The notes beneath the pieces were generated by a model, which had not been told where the DNA came from, did no database searches, and was given only the letters and a program-made list of their open reading frames with translations. Below, one piece after another: positions 10,510-23,500 of a DNA stretch of 64,000 nt. Within the stretch, counting starts at the first letter, position 1, and the number at the start of each line of letters is the position of its first letter. Position numbers and translations under genes: made by a program. The DNA comes from an uncultured Phycisphaerales bacterium (GTDB lineage Bacteria > Planctomycetota > Phycisphaerae > Tepidisphaerales > Tepidisphaeraceae), in contig CAWJPJ010000008.1 in assembly GCA_963844715.1 (NCBI GenBank), positions 192,001 to 256,000 of the forward strand, written 5' to 3'.

Positions 10510-11967
10510 CGAGCCTCCCGGCGCGAGGCTAAACGGCGCAGTTCTTCGGCGACGTGCTGGACGGGCGTTTCCCAATCCTTGGCTTTCGGCTGCCTGAACA
10601 GACGCACGGTTGGATACCAGGGGGAATCGTCGCGATCGATCATCCATCTCCAATCGCCAACCCAGGGGAGCAGCACCCACACCGGCCGCGCCAAGGCGCC
10701 TGCCAGGTGCACGATCGAGGTGTCCACGGCGATGACCAGATCAAGATTCGCGACCACGGCGGCGGTTTGCAGAAAATCGGTCAGCGCCGGCGACAAATCG
10801 ATCAAATTCATACCCGGGGGCGGATGCTTCGCCTGATCGGAAGCGGGACCTTTTTGGAGGGAATAGAACGTGACACCCGGCACATCCGCCAGGGGCGCGA
10901 GCCGGGTGAGGGGCATTGAGCGATTGTTATCGTTGGCGTAATCCGGGCGGCCGGCCCAAACCAGGCCTACTTTCAGGTTCTTGTCGGCGGCGAGTCGGTG
11001 GTTCCAGGATTCGATTTGTTCAGGAGGCGGAAATAGGTACGGGACTTTGGCGGGCAAGGTTTCGATTGTTGTGTCGAAAATTCGCGGCAGGCTCGCCATG
11101 GGGCAATGGACGTCAAAATCCGGCATTTCCTGGCGCAGAGGGGATCAGCTCATGGACGCCGGGGTAATTGTGCAGAAGCGTGGCCAGGTCGCGCGGGACA
11201 CCGAGGAGGATTTTTCCGCCGCGTGCGGCCACGAGGGGGATGTAGCGCAGGAATTGAATGGTGTCGCCGAAGCCTCCCTCGGGATGAAGGAGAATGCGGC
11301 GGCCGTGGAGGTCGCTTCCGTCCCAGTATTTTTCATGGAAGAACGGCTCGGGGACGGAGGATTGAACGACTTTCCATCGCCACTCCGATTCGATCCAGCC
11401 GCGGCGAAAGTCGCCGGTGAGGAGATAAAGCAGGCCGAGATCGAGGTGGGACGCGTGTTGGGGGCTCTGGCGAATGGCTTCCAAGTGCTCGGCGATGGCT
11501 TGCGTAAATTTTCCCTGCTTCTTCAGGACGTGGCCGAGGTTGTCATGGATTTCGTAGGAATTGGGGCGCAGTTCCAAGGCCTTTCGCAGGGAAGCGGCGG
11601 ATTCATCGAATCGCTCGGCCGCTTCGTAGGCGGTGCCGAGATTGTTGTGCAACTCGGGTAGATCGGGACGGGCGGCGATTCCCTTGCGGTAGGCGGCTAT
11701 TGCGTCGTCGATGCGGCCCAGGGCCACGAGAGACAGTCCCAGCGTGTTTTGGGACGGGGCGACGGAGGAGCCCTGACTGATGGCGCGTTGGATTTCCCGA
11801 AGGGCGTCGTCGTAGCGGCCGGTTTGAAAAAGAAGGTAGGCCAATTGGGCCCGCGCCTCGGCGTGATTGGGGAAACGCAAAAGAATGCGCTGGTAGATGG
11901 CCTCGGCCTCGGGCAGCCGGCCGGCGCGGTGCTCGTCTGTCGCCAATTTGAAATCGGGGTCGTTCAT
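10506..11967 (-). CDS. TPR repeat + GT9-like glycosyltransferase (operon gene 4)
   Basis: TPRs, EGGFGDTIQFLRY, GLVWAGRP, LDLVIAVDTSIVHLAGAL, SPWYP; frameshift near 11120. Confidence 0.88.
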
Positions 11968-13831
11968 CGCCGGCTTTGACACCAATTGTGCCACATTTTT
12001 CGCAAGGCGTCTTGGAATCCGGCGGCGAAGGATTTTCCGTCCATGAGGGGCGATTGGCGCATGCGATCCCTCAGGGTTTGCCGAAGTTCGCGCAGGCGGG
12101 GGGATCTGCCGCCAGGGCGGCGGCGATGCGCAGGTAATTTTGCTCGTCGGGCACGATCAATTCGGGGAGGAAAAGATAATTGAGAATGCTGGTTCCGCCG
12201 CGTCCTACGGCGGTTCGGCCGGTGAGTGTGACGACGGGAACGCCGCTCCAGAGCGCGTCGCAGGTGGTCAATCCGCCGCCGTAGGGGAAGGGGTCCAAGG
12301 CGATGTCGATGTCGAGATATTGTCGGAAATATTGGTGGGCGTTAGTCCCCGGAACAAATTGCAGCCGATTCGGATCGATCCCCTCGGACGCCAATTCGCT
12401 GGATTTTTCCTTTTGATGACTTCCCGGATTTGAGTGAACGAGCAGGCGGGAATTTGGGACGAGATTGAGGAGTTGCTTCCACGTTCGCCAGGCCGATGTG
12501 GAAACTTTTGCGTAGGTGTTGAGGCAGCCGAAGGTGATCTGACCCTGCTGCTCAAATGGGGGCGGGCCGACATCGAGCGTAATGATCGGCTCGTAACACC
12601 AGTAGGGAACGGTGAGCCGTAAGGTTCGCTCGCTGTATACCGACTCGTCGTTGCCGGGCGGGTCGAACCAGGGGTCGGAGATTCGCCAATCCATGGCGTC
12701 CATGCCGCTGGTGCTGCAATAGGCCAGATAGGTCGCCTGAACGGGGGAGGGTTTTCGCGCAAACACCCGCAGGCGATTGCCGGCGGTTTGAAGGGATAGA
12801 TCGATCAGGATGTCGATTCGATCGGATCGGATTTGGGCGGCGACGTTCGTATCGGATAGTCCCACGATTTCGCACCAGGCAGCGGACGGCGCGCGCAAAC
12901 GCGCGGTGACCGGGTCGTTGATCGGGCAATCGGAGTAGGCGTAAATCTCAAAATGGTTTGCGTCGTGATTTTCGAATATGGGGAGCAGCACGCGGCCGAC
13001 GGGGTGATCTCGCAAATCGGGCGAAATGAATCCTATTCTGAGGCGGCGATGGGGGGATGGATCGTTTTGGTGCGGTCGGATTTCGCCGGCGAGGGGCCGG
13101 GCGAATTTTTCGTTCCAGCGGCGCTGCACCTTGAGTATCGCGGCGGCGTCAAAGTCGGGATGAAAGTGAACGGTGAAGGCTAGATTCGACATTGCGGTCA
13201 GATCATCGGGGCGCATTTCGGTGGCGAGGGTGAAGGCTCGGACCGCTTCGTCGATGCGGCCCATCGCCTTCATCACGTTTCCGATCGCGATCCGGCTTTG
13301 AATAAAATCGGGGCGAATTTGTATGGCGCGGTGAAAATGGTCGAGCGCCTCGTCCAAGTTGCCGGCGGCTTCGAGGGCGGCGCCAAGGTTGTAATGCGAA
13401 ACTGCCGAGTCGGGGCGGAGGGACAGACCCTTTTTTCCGGCGGCGACGGCTTCCTCGTGCCGCTTCAGGTACATCAAAGGCGTGCTCATGTTGCTGTAGG
13501 CCTGGGCAAAATCGGGGCGGAGGGAGATCGCTTTTTGATACGCCGCGATGGCGGGGTCGAATCTTCCTTGCATCGTCAGGGTGTTGCCCAGATTCGCGTA
13601 AGCCTCGGCGTAATCGGGACGAAGCTGAATCGCGCGCTCCAGCGCGGCGGCGGCCTGGTCGTATTGTCCCTCCGAAGTCAGGGCGAGGGCGAGATTATTT
13701 TGATAGACGGCGGCGTCGGGACTGAGCTGAACCGCGCGCTGAAAATGCTCGATTGCCTCGGCAAATTTTCCCTGCTGGGCCAGCGACAAACCGAGTTGAT
13801 GCGACGCTTCGGCGGTTTCGTCCGAATTCAT
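11964..13831 (-). CDS. TPR repeat + GT41 SPINDLY/OGT-like glycosyltransferase (operon gene 3)
   Basis: TPRs then RLRIGFISPDLRDHPV, IDILIDL, KPSPVQATYLAY, DIALDPFPYGGGLTTCDALWSGVPVVT; frameshift near 12080. Confidence 0.9.
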
Positions 13832-15597
13832 GCGCTCTGCTCCGCCAGTTCGCGCAGGGCGTTTTCCATCTCCGCAAAAGGCGTGTCCCAATCCCCGGCG
13901 GTCGGCTGGCGAAAGAGCCGCATCGTCGGATACCAGGATGTGGTTTTGCCTGACATCAGCCAGCGCCAATCGGGAGAATAGGGGAGCAATACCCAAACCG
14001 GTTTTCCCAGCGCGCCGGCGAGGTGCGCCATCGCCGTATCGACGCTGATGATCAAATCGAGATTGCTGATCAGCGCGGCCGTGGCGGCGAAGTCCTGTAG
14101 CTCGCGTGTCCAGTCGGTGAGATTCCAATCGTGGGGCAGGGTTTGAATCTGCTCGCCGGCTTTTCCCTTTTGGAGACTGCAAAACCAGGCTCCGGGCACT
14201 TTCGACAGGGGCACGAACCGCGCCAGCGGAATGGACCGGTTGCGATCGTTGAAATATTCGGGCCTGCCGGCCCAGACCAGGCCGATTTTGATCCGTCCGG
14301 GAATGCTGGCGAGGGACATTCGGCATATCCTCGACAGGCCGGGATCGGCATGAAGATAGGGGACCTGGGCGGGAACGTTATTCCGGGTCGTCTTGAGCAC
14401 GCGCGGCAGGCTCAAGAGGGGGCATTGCACCTCGAATTTTGGAATCTCGGCGCCGGTGATCGCCAACTCGGTTACGCCGTCGAGGGTTTGGAGGAGGCGG
14501 AACAATTCTTCCGGACAGCCGAGCACGACTTGCCCGCCGCGCGCCGCGACCATGGGTGCGTCAGCGCACGAATTGGATGGTATCGCCGTAACCGCCTTCG
14601 GGGTGGAGCAGGATGCGGCGTCCGCCCAGATCGCTCCCGTCCCACAGGGTCTGGGAAAATCGCGGCTCGGGGATGATCGGGCGAAGGACGCGCCAGCGCC
14701 ACTCGTACTCGGTCCAGCCGCGCTCTATATCTCCGTTGAGCAGATGGAGAATGCTCATGTTCAGATGCGCCTGCGCGGACTGCGGGTCCAATTCGAGGGT
14801 TCGCCGGCCGGCCTCGAGGGCTTCGGAGATTCGTCCCATGCGATGAAGAGTGGTCCCCAGATTGAGATACGATTGCGCGGAATCGGGATGCAGCGCGAGG
14901 TCCTTATGGCAGGCCTCGAGCGCCTCGTCGAGACGGTATTCTTCCGCCAGGGCGATCGCCAGTTCGTTGAAGGGCGCCTCGGGGCCGGGTTTCAGATCGA
15001 TGATGCGCCTCAAGACTTCGATCATTTCAACATTGCGTTTGGCCTCGCGCAAAGCTTTGGCGAGGTTCTTCAAACCTTCGAGATAGTCCGGCTTGAGTTC
15101 GACGGCCCGGCGGAACGCCGCGAGCGAGGCTTCGGATTGCCCCTTGGTCGCGAGCAATACCCCCATGTCGTTGACCGCTTCGGCAAAATTCGGCGCAGCG
15201 CCAGCGCTTTTTCGTACGAGGCGATGGCCTGATCGATCTGACCGGTTTGACCCAGGGCGTGGGCCAATTGGTAATGGGCTTCGACGTAATCGGGCTTCAA
15301 TTCAACGGCGCGCCGAAGTTCGCCGACCGCTTCGACGGCCCGCCCCAGGACCGACAGGATCATTCCCCGATTGCAGAGATAATCCGGGGCTTGCGGATCG
15401 ATAGCCACGGCTCGGTCTAGACATTCCAGGGCTTCGGGCAATCTCGCCTGGTGAAATACGACCAGGCCGAGCAGTTGCAGGACGTCGGCATCGGCCGGGT
15501 CCTCGGCAAGGATGCGCCGATATAGCGCCTCGGCTTCGGGCAAGCGCCCGGCCTGGTGGTGATTCATCGCCGATTCAAAGAGGTCTTCGGTGATCAT
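13828..15597 (-). CDS. TPR repeat + GT9-like glycosyltransferase (operon gene 2)
   Basis: Pieces 15070-15597, 14561-15166, 13828-14553 join into TPRs + EGGYGDTIQFVR + LDLIISVDTAMAHLAGALG. Confidence 0.85.
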
Positions 15598-15604
15598 GCG
15601 GGTC

Positions 15605-17361
15605 TCATTGTGCCACGAACTTGCCGAGGTGCTCAATTAGTTGCGCCACCGGCCCGGTCCAGTCGCCCCTGGTGGTCTGGCGGAAAAGGCGCATGGTGGG
15701 GTACCAGGGCGAATCCTGGCGGTTCAGGAGCCATCTCATATCGGACGGCCAGGGCAAAAGCACCCACACCGGCTTTCCCATCGCGCCCGCCAGATGCGCC
15801 ACCGCGGTATCGACGCTGATCACGAGGTCGAGACAAGCGATGAGCGCCGCGGTGTCCGCCCAATCCGCCAGTTCGCTGGTCCAATCGTCCAATATCAATC
15901 CGTGATCGGTTTCGGCGCGCCTGATCGGCGGGCTTTCCTTTTTGCAGGCTGATCAATCGAACGCCGGGAATATCTTTGAGGGGGGCCAGGGATTTGAGCG
16001 GCATGGAACGGAGTCGATCGTGCGATGTACGAGGGCCGCCGGCCCAAACCAGGCCGATGTTTTTTTGGGGGGCGGGATTTGCCGATAGGCGTTCCTTCCA
16101 ATTCGCGATCCTGCGCGGATCGGCCTGTATATAAGGTATCCCGGCCGGAATCGTGTCGATCGTGGTCTTAAGCAACATCGGCAGGCTGAGCAAATGGGCG
16201 TAGCAATCATGCTCCGGATCGGGGGCAACTGAGGAGGCGATCTGATCCGCTCCGGCCAAGCCTTGCAAAAGGCGAACAAGCTGGGGTGGAACTTGCAGAA
16301 TCACCTTCCCGCCGCGCGCGGCGACAAGAGGGCAATAGCGCGCCAGTTGAATCGAGTCCCCATGACCGCCCTCGGACCGAAGCAGAATCCGCTTTCCGCT
16401 CAGCGGTTGCCCGTTCCACTCTTTTTCCAGGGGGGAATGCAACAATCCGGGGAGCCTCCAGCGCCACTGATATTCCTCAAATCCATTTTCGAAATCGCCG
16501 CTTTGAATGAGCAGTAATCCGAGATCGCGATGGGCAGCCGCGAAATTCGGATCGAGGGAAATGGCGCGGCGGTGCGCCTGCATTGCCTCGGCGAAGCGTG
16601 CAAGATTCGTCAGCGCCAAGCCAAGTTCATGATGGTTCCGCGGATTGTCGGGCGCGATGGAAATCGCTCGGGCGCATTCCGCGGCGGCTTCCTCGAATCT
16701 TTCCACCGCGGTCAGGCCCGCAGCGAGAACGATGCGCGGCGTCGGGCGAGTCGGGCCAGCGCTCGACTGTTTCCTCGGCAGCGTCAAGGGCATCGGCGAA
16801 GTGGCCCGCGCCCGCAAGGGAGCCAACCAACTGCTCGCGGGTTTTGAGCCGATCGGGCTGCAAGCGGAGCGCCTGGCGGAACGCGACGATCGCCTGGTCG
16901 AATTGCCGGTCCTGTTGAAGAGCCGTGCCGAGTTCTTCCCATGCGTCCGAGTCGTTCGGACGTCGTGCGGTCCACTGGCGATAAGCGGCGATCGCCCGGT
17001 CCCAGCGATTGGCGAGTTTCATCGCCATTCCCAGATTTCCGAGCGCCTGCGGAAAATCGGGCCGAAGTTCCAACGCCCGCTCCAGCGCGGCCACGGCCGG
17101 CGCGAACTCCCCCCGTTGGATGAGGGCGAGCGCCAAATTCCCGTGAAATTCGGCGCGGGCGGGCTCGATCTGGATGGCGCGCTGGATGAAATCGACGGCC
17201 TCGTCGACCCGGCCCGACTGATAGGCCACGACGCCCAGAAGATGCAGAACATCGGATTGCGCGGGGTGATCGACCAGGATTTGGCGGTAAAGCGCTTCCG
17301 CCTCCGCCAGGCGCCCGGCCTGGTGATGGCGCACCGCCGATTGCAGGTCTGGCTGGGTCAT
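15605..17361 (-). CDS. TPR repeat + GT9-like glycosyltransferase (operon gene 1)
   Basis: Pieces 16627-17370, 15633-16826, 15605-15898; EGGHGDSIQLARY, LDLVISVDTAVAHLAGAMG, SPWYP. Confidence 0.85.
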
Positions 17362-17423
17362 CGGCCCCATTTTGAGGCTTGGATGGGATCAGGTAAAGTG
17401 CACGACCGAAGGGTCAATTCACG

Positions 17424-19971
17424 GTGGCACACGATCTATTTATTAGTTACTCGACGAAGGACAAGCCGACTGCCGACGCTGTTTGCGCGACGCTGGAGAT
17501 TCACGGCATCCGGTGCTGGATCGCCCCGCGCGATATCCAGCCCGGCGCCGACTGGGGCGAGGCGATCGTCAACGCCATCGACGAAGCGAAGATCCTTATT
17601 CTGATTTTTTCCGGGAACGCCAACAACTCTCCCCAAGTCCGCCGGGAAGTGCAGCACGGGTTTGAGAAGGGGTTGACGGTCATTCCGTTCCGAGTCGAGG
17701 ACATCGCGCCGACCAAATCGCTGGAGTATTACATCGGGGCGGTGCATTGGCTGGACGCGCTTTCTCCGCCGCTGGAGGCGCATCTTCAGGATCTGGCGGC
17801 GCGGACCAAGGTCATTCTTCAGCGTTCGGCGGCAGTAGGCGCCGCGTCGGCGCCGGGGGCGGAAACTGTCACCGACCCTGGGCGGCACGATCGGGACTTC
17901 GACCGGCGTGAGCGCCCCGATGTCTTACGCGCCGCCGCCTCTTCCTCCGCAGGGGAGATCGACGCAGACGACGGGGATGGTTCCGGCGCATCCGTCGGTG
18001 CTGTTCTGGGCGGCGCTGGCGGCGGTTGTGGTGCTGGTGGGGACGATGTCGGCGATCGTCTCAGTGATGGTGATGAACCGAAGCGCGCCGCAGGCGAGCG
18101 GGCCCGTGCAGAGCGCGACGCCATCGAGCAATTCCGCGCCGATGGGCGCGGTGGCGGCGACGAATCCGGCGGGCACCGTGCAGGCGGATTCCGCCACCAG
18201 CAAGCCGAGCGTCGCGGTCAAGGAGAATGCGGCTCCGACCGGGCCGGTTGCGCCGACGGCCGATCCGCAAGCGCAGGCCGATTACCAGGAGGGGATGCAC
18301 GCCCGTAACGGCACGGGCGAGGCGCAGGATTATCAAAAGGCGATGGAGGAGTTCAAAAAGGCGTTTGACGGCGGGATCGCCGACGCCGGGGCGATGATCG
18401 GATTGATGTACGAAAACGGGGAAGGGGTGGACAAGGACGGATTGCAATCGATCAAGTGGTATCGGCAGGCCGCGGACGCGGGAAGCTCCTACGCGATGCT
18501 TTATCTGGGCAACGATTACCGCTTCGGGGACAACGTCGCCAAGGATTACAGCGAAGCGTTTCTTTGGTATCAAAAGGGCGCGAATCTGAACAACGGGGAG
18601 GCGATGAATCACCTGGGGGAGTGCTTTCGCGACGGTGAGGGGACCGCTCAGGACGACCAGCAGGCGGTTGCCTGGTTTGAGAAAGCAGCCTCGTATAACA
18701 ATACGGACGGGATGGTGAATCTCGGCTGGATGTACGAAAACGGGCACGGGGTTCCGCACGACGATACGCAGGCGCTGAAATGGTATCAGGCGGCGGCCGA
18801 CCTAAATGATCCGATCGGTCTGGGGAATGTCGGCGTGATGTATCAATATGGCAAAGGGGTCACGCAGGACATCAACCAGGCCATCGAGTGGTACCGCCGT
18901 GCCGCGGACGCTGGAAACTACAGCGCCATGAATCGCCTGGGGACGATTTATCGCGACGGCACGGGGATACCGCAGGACGATTCCGAGGCATGCAAATGGT
19001 TCGGGAAAGGAGCGGACGGCGGAAACACAGATGCGATGGTGAATATGGGTTGGATGTACGAAAACGGTCGCGGGGTCCCGCAGGATTATTCCAAGGCGGC
19101 CGAATGGTATCAGAAAGCGGTCGATCTCGGCGACGCCACAGGCGAATGCAATCTGGCGTTGCTGTATCAGTACGGGCGCGGCGTTCAGCAGGATTACTCG
19201 AAAGCGGCGGATTTGTTCAAGCAGGCAGCGCAGGGAGGTTCGACGACGGCGATGGATCATCTGGGCATGATGAGCCGCGACGGGACCGGCATGGCCAAGG
19301 ACTACGCGGGGGCGATGACGTGGTTTCAGCAGGGGGCGGCGGCCGACAACACCGATTGCATGGTGAACATCGGATGGCTGTATGAAAAAGGATTGGGCGT
19401 CACGCAAGATTACTCGCAGGCGTCGGACTGGTATCGCAAAGCCGCCGAACTGGGGAACGGTCTGGCGATGAGCAATCTGGGAATTTTCTATCTCAACGGG
19501 CAAGGGGCGAACAAGGATATTTCCGCGGCGGTCGCGTGGCTGAAGCGCGGGGTTGAGGCGGGCAGCGCCGACGCGATGAACAATCTCGGCATCCTGTACC
19601 GCGACGGGAATGGCGTGCAGCAGGACGACAAGCAAGCCGTCGATCTGTTCCAGAAGGCCGCCAATCAGGACTATTCCGACGCGTGGGCGAACCTTGGCTG
19701 GATGACCCAGCAGGGCCGCAACGGCCCGATCGACTGGCCTACGGTCATCGGCGATTACAAGAAGGGTCTGCCGGATAGTTCGTGGTGCGCCCTGTACCTC
19801 GGCGATATCTACCGCGACGGCAACGGCGTCGCCAAAGACCTCGGGCAGGCGAGGACGTATTATCAGCAAGCCATTGATCTGGGTAATTCGATGGGGTCGG
19901 ACCGGTTGGCGGCGTTGAATAATCCGACGACGAGCACGGCGCCGAGCACCGGTCCCACCACTGGGCCGTAA
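17424..19971 (+). CDS. TIR domain - transmembrane - Sel1 repeat protein; frameshift near 17880
   Basis: DLFISYS..CWIAPRDI..WGEAIVNAI..VRRE (TIR_2); TM LFWAALAAVVVLVGTMSAIVSVMVM; about 14-15 Sel1 repeats (LGxMYxxGxGVxQDxxxAxxWY). Confidence 0.88.
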
Positions 19972-19982
19972 GGATGGGGCGA

Positions 19983-20231
19983 TTATCCCGTGCGCGACAG
20001 CGGCCGAGCGTTGAGAATTTCATCGGCTCTGAGCGGGTGAATGTCGGTTACGCTTACGGTAGTAATGCATATCGTCTGCCCGAGGGCATTGAAGACCTCC
20101 AGCACCGCGCCTTGTGGCTGGCCAGGTGGACCTGGAACAAGATCGACAAGCGTAGCGACATCGCCCGTTTTGAGGCTGTCCTCCGGCACGTCACGCCCCA
20201 GTGCCACTTCGTCGTATAACTTCACAGTCAT
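19983..20231 (-). CDS. DUF4926-like protein
   Basis: KLYDEVALGRDVPEDSLKTGDVATLVD..LEVFNALGQT. Confidence 0.8.
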   Translation of the reverse strand: MTVKLYDEVALGRDVPEDSLKTGDVATLVDLVPGPPGQPQGAVLEVFNALGQTICITTVSVTDIHPLRADEILNARPLSRTG

Positions 20232-20549
20232 GATCCGGCCTCCCTATCGGGGATGAGTGTGACGAAACTGAATACGAGATCTACGCGGTGCAGCCAAACG
20301 AGCGTCACCGGGAGCCCGATACCGCCCGGCCCAGTCAACTGGCAAGTAGGTTCCGTACTCGCTTACTCGTTGCGCGATCGCATCGCCGCCCGCGCAGGCT
20401 TTGCGAATTGCCGCTTCCAGGACCTCCGGATTGCTTTGATCGAAACCGGCCCGCAAAAGGTATCGGCTCTTATCATTCTTACGCCGGTGCGCCAGCAGGT
20501 AATTGGCAAGCTTTTCGGGTGCAATGACCGCGTCGGCGGGAATCTTCAT
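20228..20549 (-). CDS. DUF6883-like protein (frameshift near 20340)
   Basis: AVIAPEKLANYLL..KNDKSRYLLRAGF..SEYGTY, continuing LTGPGG..VTLVWL..FSFVTLIP; paired with DUF4926. Confidence 0.7.
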
Positions 20550-20591
20550 TGGTCGCCTCGGGCGATTTCTTGCATATCGACCCTTAACAAT

Positions 20592-23500
20592 CTACGCCGG
20601 CATCATGTGCCGGTCGTCGTCGGCGTCTTCCTGATGTGAGGGTGCGTCCGCCGGGGAGGTTCGGCCTGGGCGGCGCTCGGCGGCTCGGCGCGAGGCGTAG
20701 ATGGTGATGAGTGTGAAGAGCACGGCCAGTCCGCCCATCGCGTAGAGACTGAAGAGCGGCCGGGGATCGATGGCGGTGCCCAATATGTCGGCATCGGTGA
20801 GCGGCTTGATGTCGAAGCATCGGTCGGCTTGAAGTTGTTTCTGATCGCGATCGCGGGCGGCTACTTCTAGCTGGCTCTGGCGGTTGTTCAATTCTTCGGT
20901 CAATTCCCCCAATTGCGCCTGGGCGTTCTGGGCGTCTTCGCGGCGGCCGGCTTCGTCGTCATATTGCACGCGCACGGTTTCGTACTGCTTCTTCACATCC
21001 TCGAGGGACTGCTTGTCAACTTCAAATCGCTTTTGGGCGTTGAGCAGATCGGTGGCGGCTTGCTGGGGGCGCTGCTGGGTGAGATCGGCCTGGCGGCGAT
21101 CGAAGCGGGCTTTGATGTCGTCCAGTTGTTTTTGCAGATCGGTTACTTTTGCCGACGGAGCGGTGTCCCCCTCGCCGAGGGCGTCGGCGTAGTTCTTGCG
21201 GGCGTCGCTCAGGGCGCCGCAGGCTCTGGCGAAGCTGGCGCGCGAAGTCTTGCTGAGCTTCGGGGAGAGCGGCCACCTGCGGGTCCAAATCGGAAAGTTG
21301 TTTTTCCAGCGGCGACAGAACGTCGTCGATTTGATCCTTCTCCTTTTGCAATTTCCGCCGAAGGGAATCGATTACTTTGTTGAGCCCATCGGCGACTTTT
21401 ACTTCGCTGGGGTCGAGGCCGAGGGTGGCCTTGCGGGTCTTGACCTGGCCGGTCAGGTTGTCGATCTCCGTATGCAGGGAACCGAGTAGCTGCTGATCCT
21501 GAACCCCTTCGCCGACCGCGGCGTTGTAGCGGTGTTGGGCATCGTCGAGCTGCTGCTGAAGCTGCTGGAGCTGGGGATCGCCGGCCCATATTTCCTGCTG
21601 CCGGGTCTGGATCATTTCCTCGACGTCGCGGCGGGTGTCTTCCAATTGGCGCTGTAGGTCTTCGCCGTCGACGATCAGCGTTGTGATCATCTCGCGCGCC
21701 TTGTCCTGCGAATCCTTGGCGGAGTCGACGAATTGCCGGAGTTGGGAACTGCTGTCGAGGACTTTGTCGGATGCGGCGATCTGATCGTTGAACTGGTTCT
21801 CGGCGGCCTCAAGCGCCTGGCGTGCGCTCGCCACGCCGGCGGATTGTTGCGATTTGGCGTCCTGCAATTCCTGGTTCAGCGCGACGATCTGGCGGCGCAG
21901 CTGCTCAAGCTGCGGATCGGGCGCGGCGGGCACAATCGGCGGATCGGCGGCGGCCTGAGTCGCGCCGGATTGCAGGCGCTCGAGGTCCAGCCGATCCTGG
22001 TCGAGCTGGTCTTCCGATGCGAATCGCGCCTTTTGCAGATCGTCTTTCTTCTGGGTCAGCGCCGCGAATTCCGTCGGGTCCGGGTCCTGGTCGACGGCCC
22101 GCTGAAGGGAAGGCATCTGGGTCTTGATCTCGGAGATGCGTTGATTGGCGTCGTCGACTTCCTGCCGGGCCGCGTCGGCGATTTGCCGCACGCGGCGATT
22201 GTCATCGAGGGTCGAGGCGTTGGCGTCGATGACGGCTTGAAGCATGGCTGTCATGCGCTGCGTGTCGCGCGTCTTATCCGATCCATCGGCGGTCAATTGC
22301 AAGGTGGTCTGCGGCTGGCCGTTGACCTGCGCGCTGGAGAGCTTTACGGTCGAAGCCACGCTGAGATATTTCGCCGCATCGTCGCCCAGAAAACCCGGGC
22401 TTGTGTCGGGATCGCGCTGCGACAGGACGTCGCGCGCATGGTTGTGTGTGTCGGGGCTCTCGATGATCCGGCGCTGACCGGCTTCAAATCCCGATCCGTC
22501 ATCCGTTCCCGGGACCCAGTTGATGTTCAGATAAGTCAGCGTCCCGACGACATGCGATTTCGGTTGAATCACCACCCAGATCCCGGCCAATACGATGCCC
22601 ATGCATAACAGCATGCAGAGCATCAGAATGGGAAGAATGCGGGTTCGGCTTGGCCGGCGCTTGGGCTTCGCGGGCGGTGTCGCAGGAGTTTCGGGTGGAA
22701 TTTCTTCGACGGGGGCAGGCTCATCGACCGCGGCATCAACCGGAGCGGGCGTCGCGACGGGGACGTCGGCCCAGGTCTCCTCGGATTCGTCTTTCAACAC
22801 TGACGGCGGCGGGGGACCGACGGGATTATCTTCGATTTCCGGCGGTGCGGCGGGGGCATCGTCCAGAGAGAGGGTGTCCAATTCAGATTCGGCCGCCGGC
22901 ACCGATAGCGGGTTTTGGATTTCCTCGGGGATTTGCTCGGCGATTTCAGCCGGCGCTTCGGTTTCCTCGGCTGCGGGCGGCTCGGTCTCGGTCGCGGGCG
23001 GGGCTTGGGCGGTGCTGCCGGGTTTGGCGGCGCCCATCGGAGGAAGGCCATCGTCTTCGTCAGTCCGGTCCCAGAATTCGCTGTCGGCAAAATCCTCGTC
23101 CGGATTATTCGCAATTCGTTCCGCGTTCTCGGGGCTTTCGGGAAGGATGTAATCGTCGCCGCGGCTGAGGCGCGTTCCGCCAAACGCCGCGTCGTTCAGG
23201 GCGGTCGCTTCAAAATCGGAGAAGACATCGCGGGCGGGCATGGCGAGCCCGTCGAAGGCGGTGGTCGGCCCCGGCGCCGCGGTCTTGCCTCGCGCATTTC
23301 CACGATTGGGCCGAGGCGGAGTGGGCGCCTGATCATCGTCGGGGGCGATCCCCATGCTCTTGGTCGCGAACGGAGTCGCCCGCTGACGGCGCGCCTTGGG
23401 CGGCGGGGTAGGAATGTCCACGCCGCCCGGCTGCTTCTTAGCGCGCACCCGGCTTGCCCGGCTGCGGGCGACGCTGGTCAAAACTCACGGCGACCTGCGG

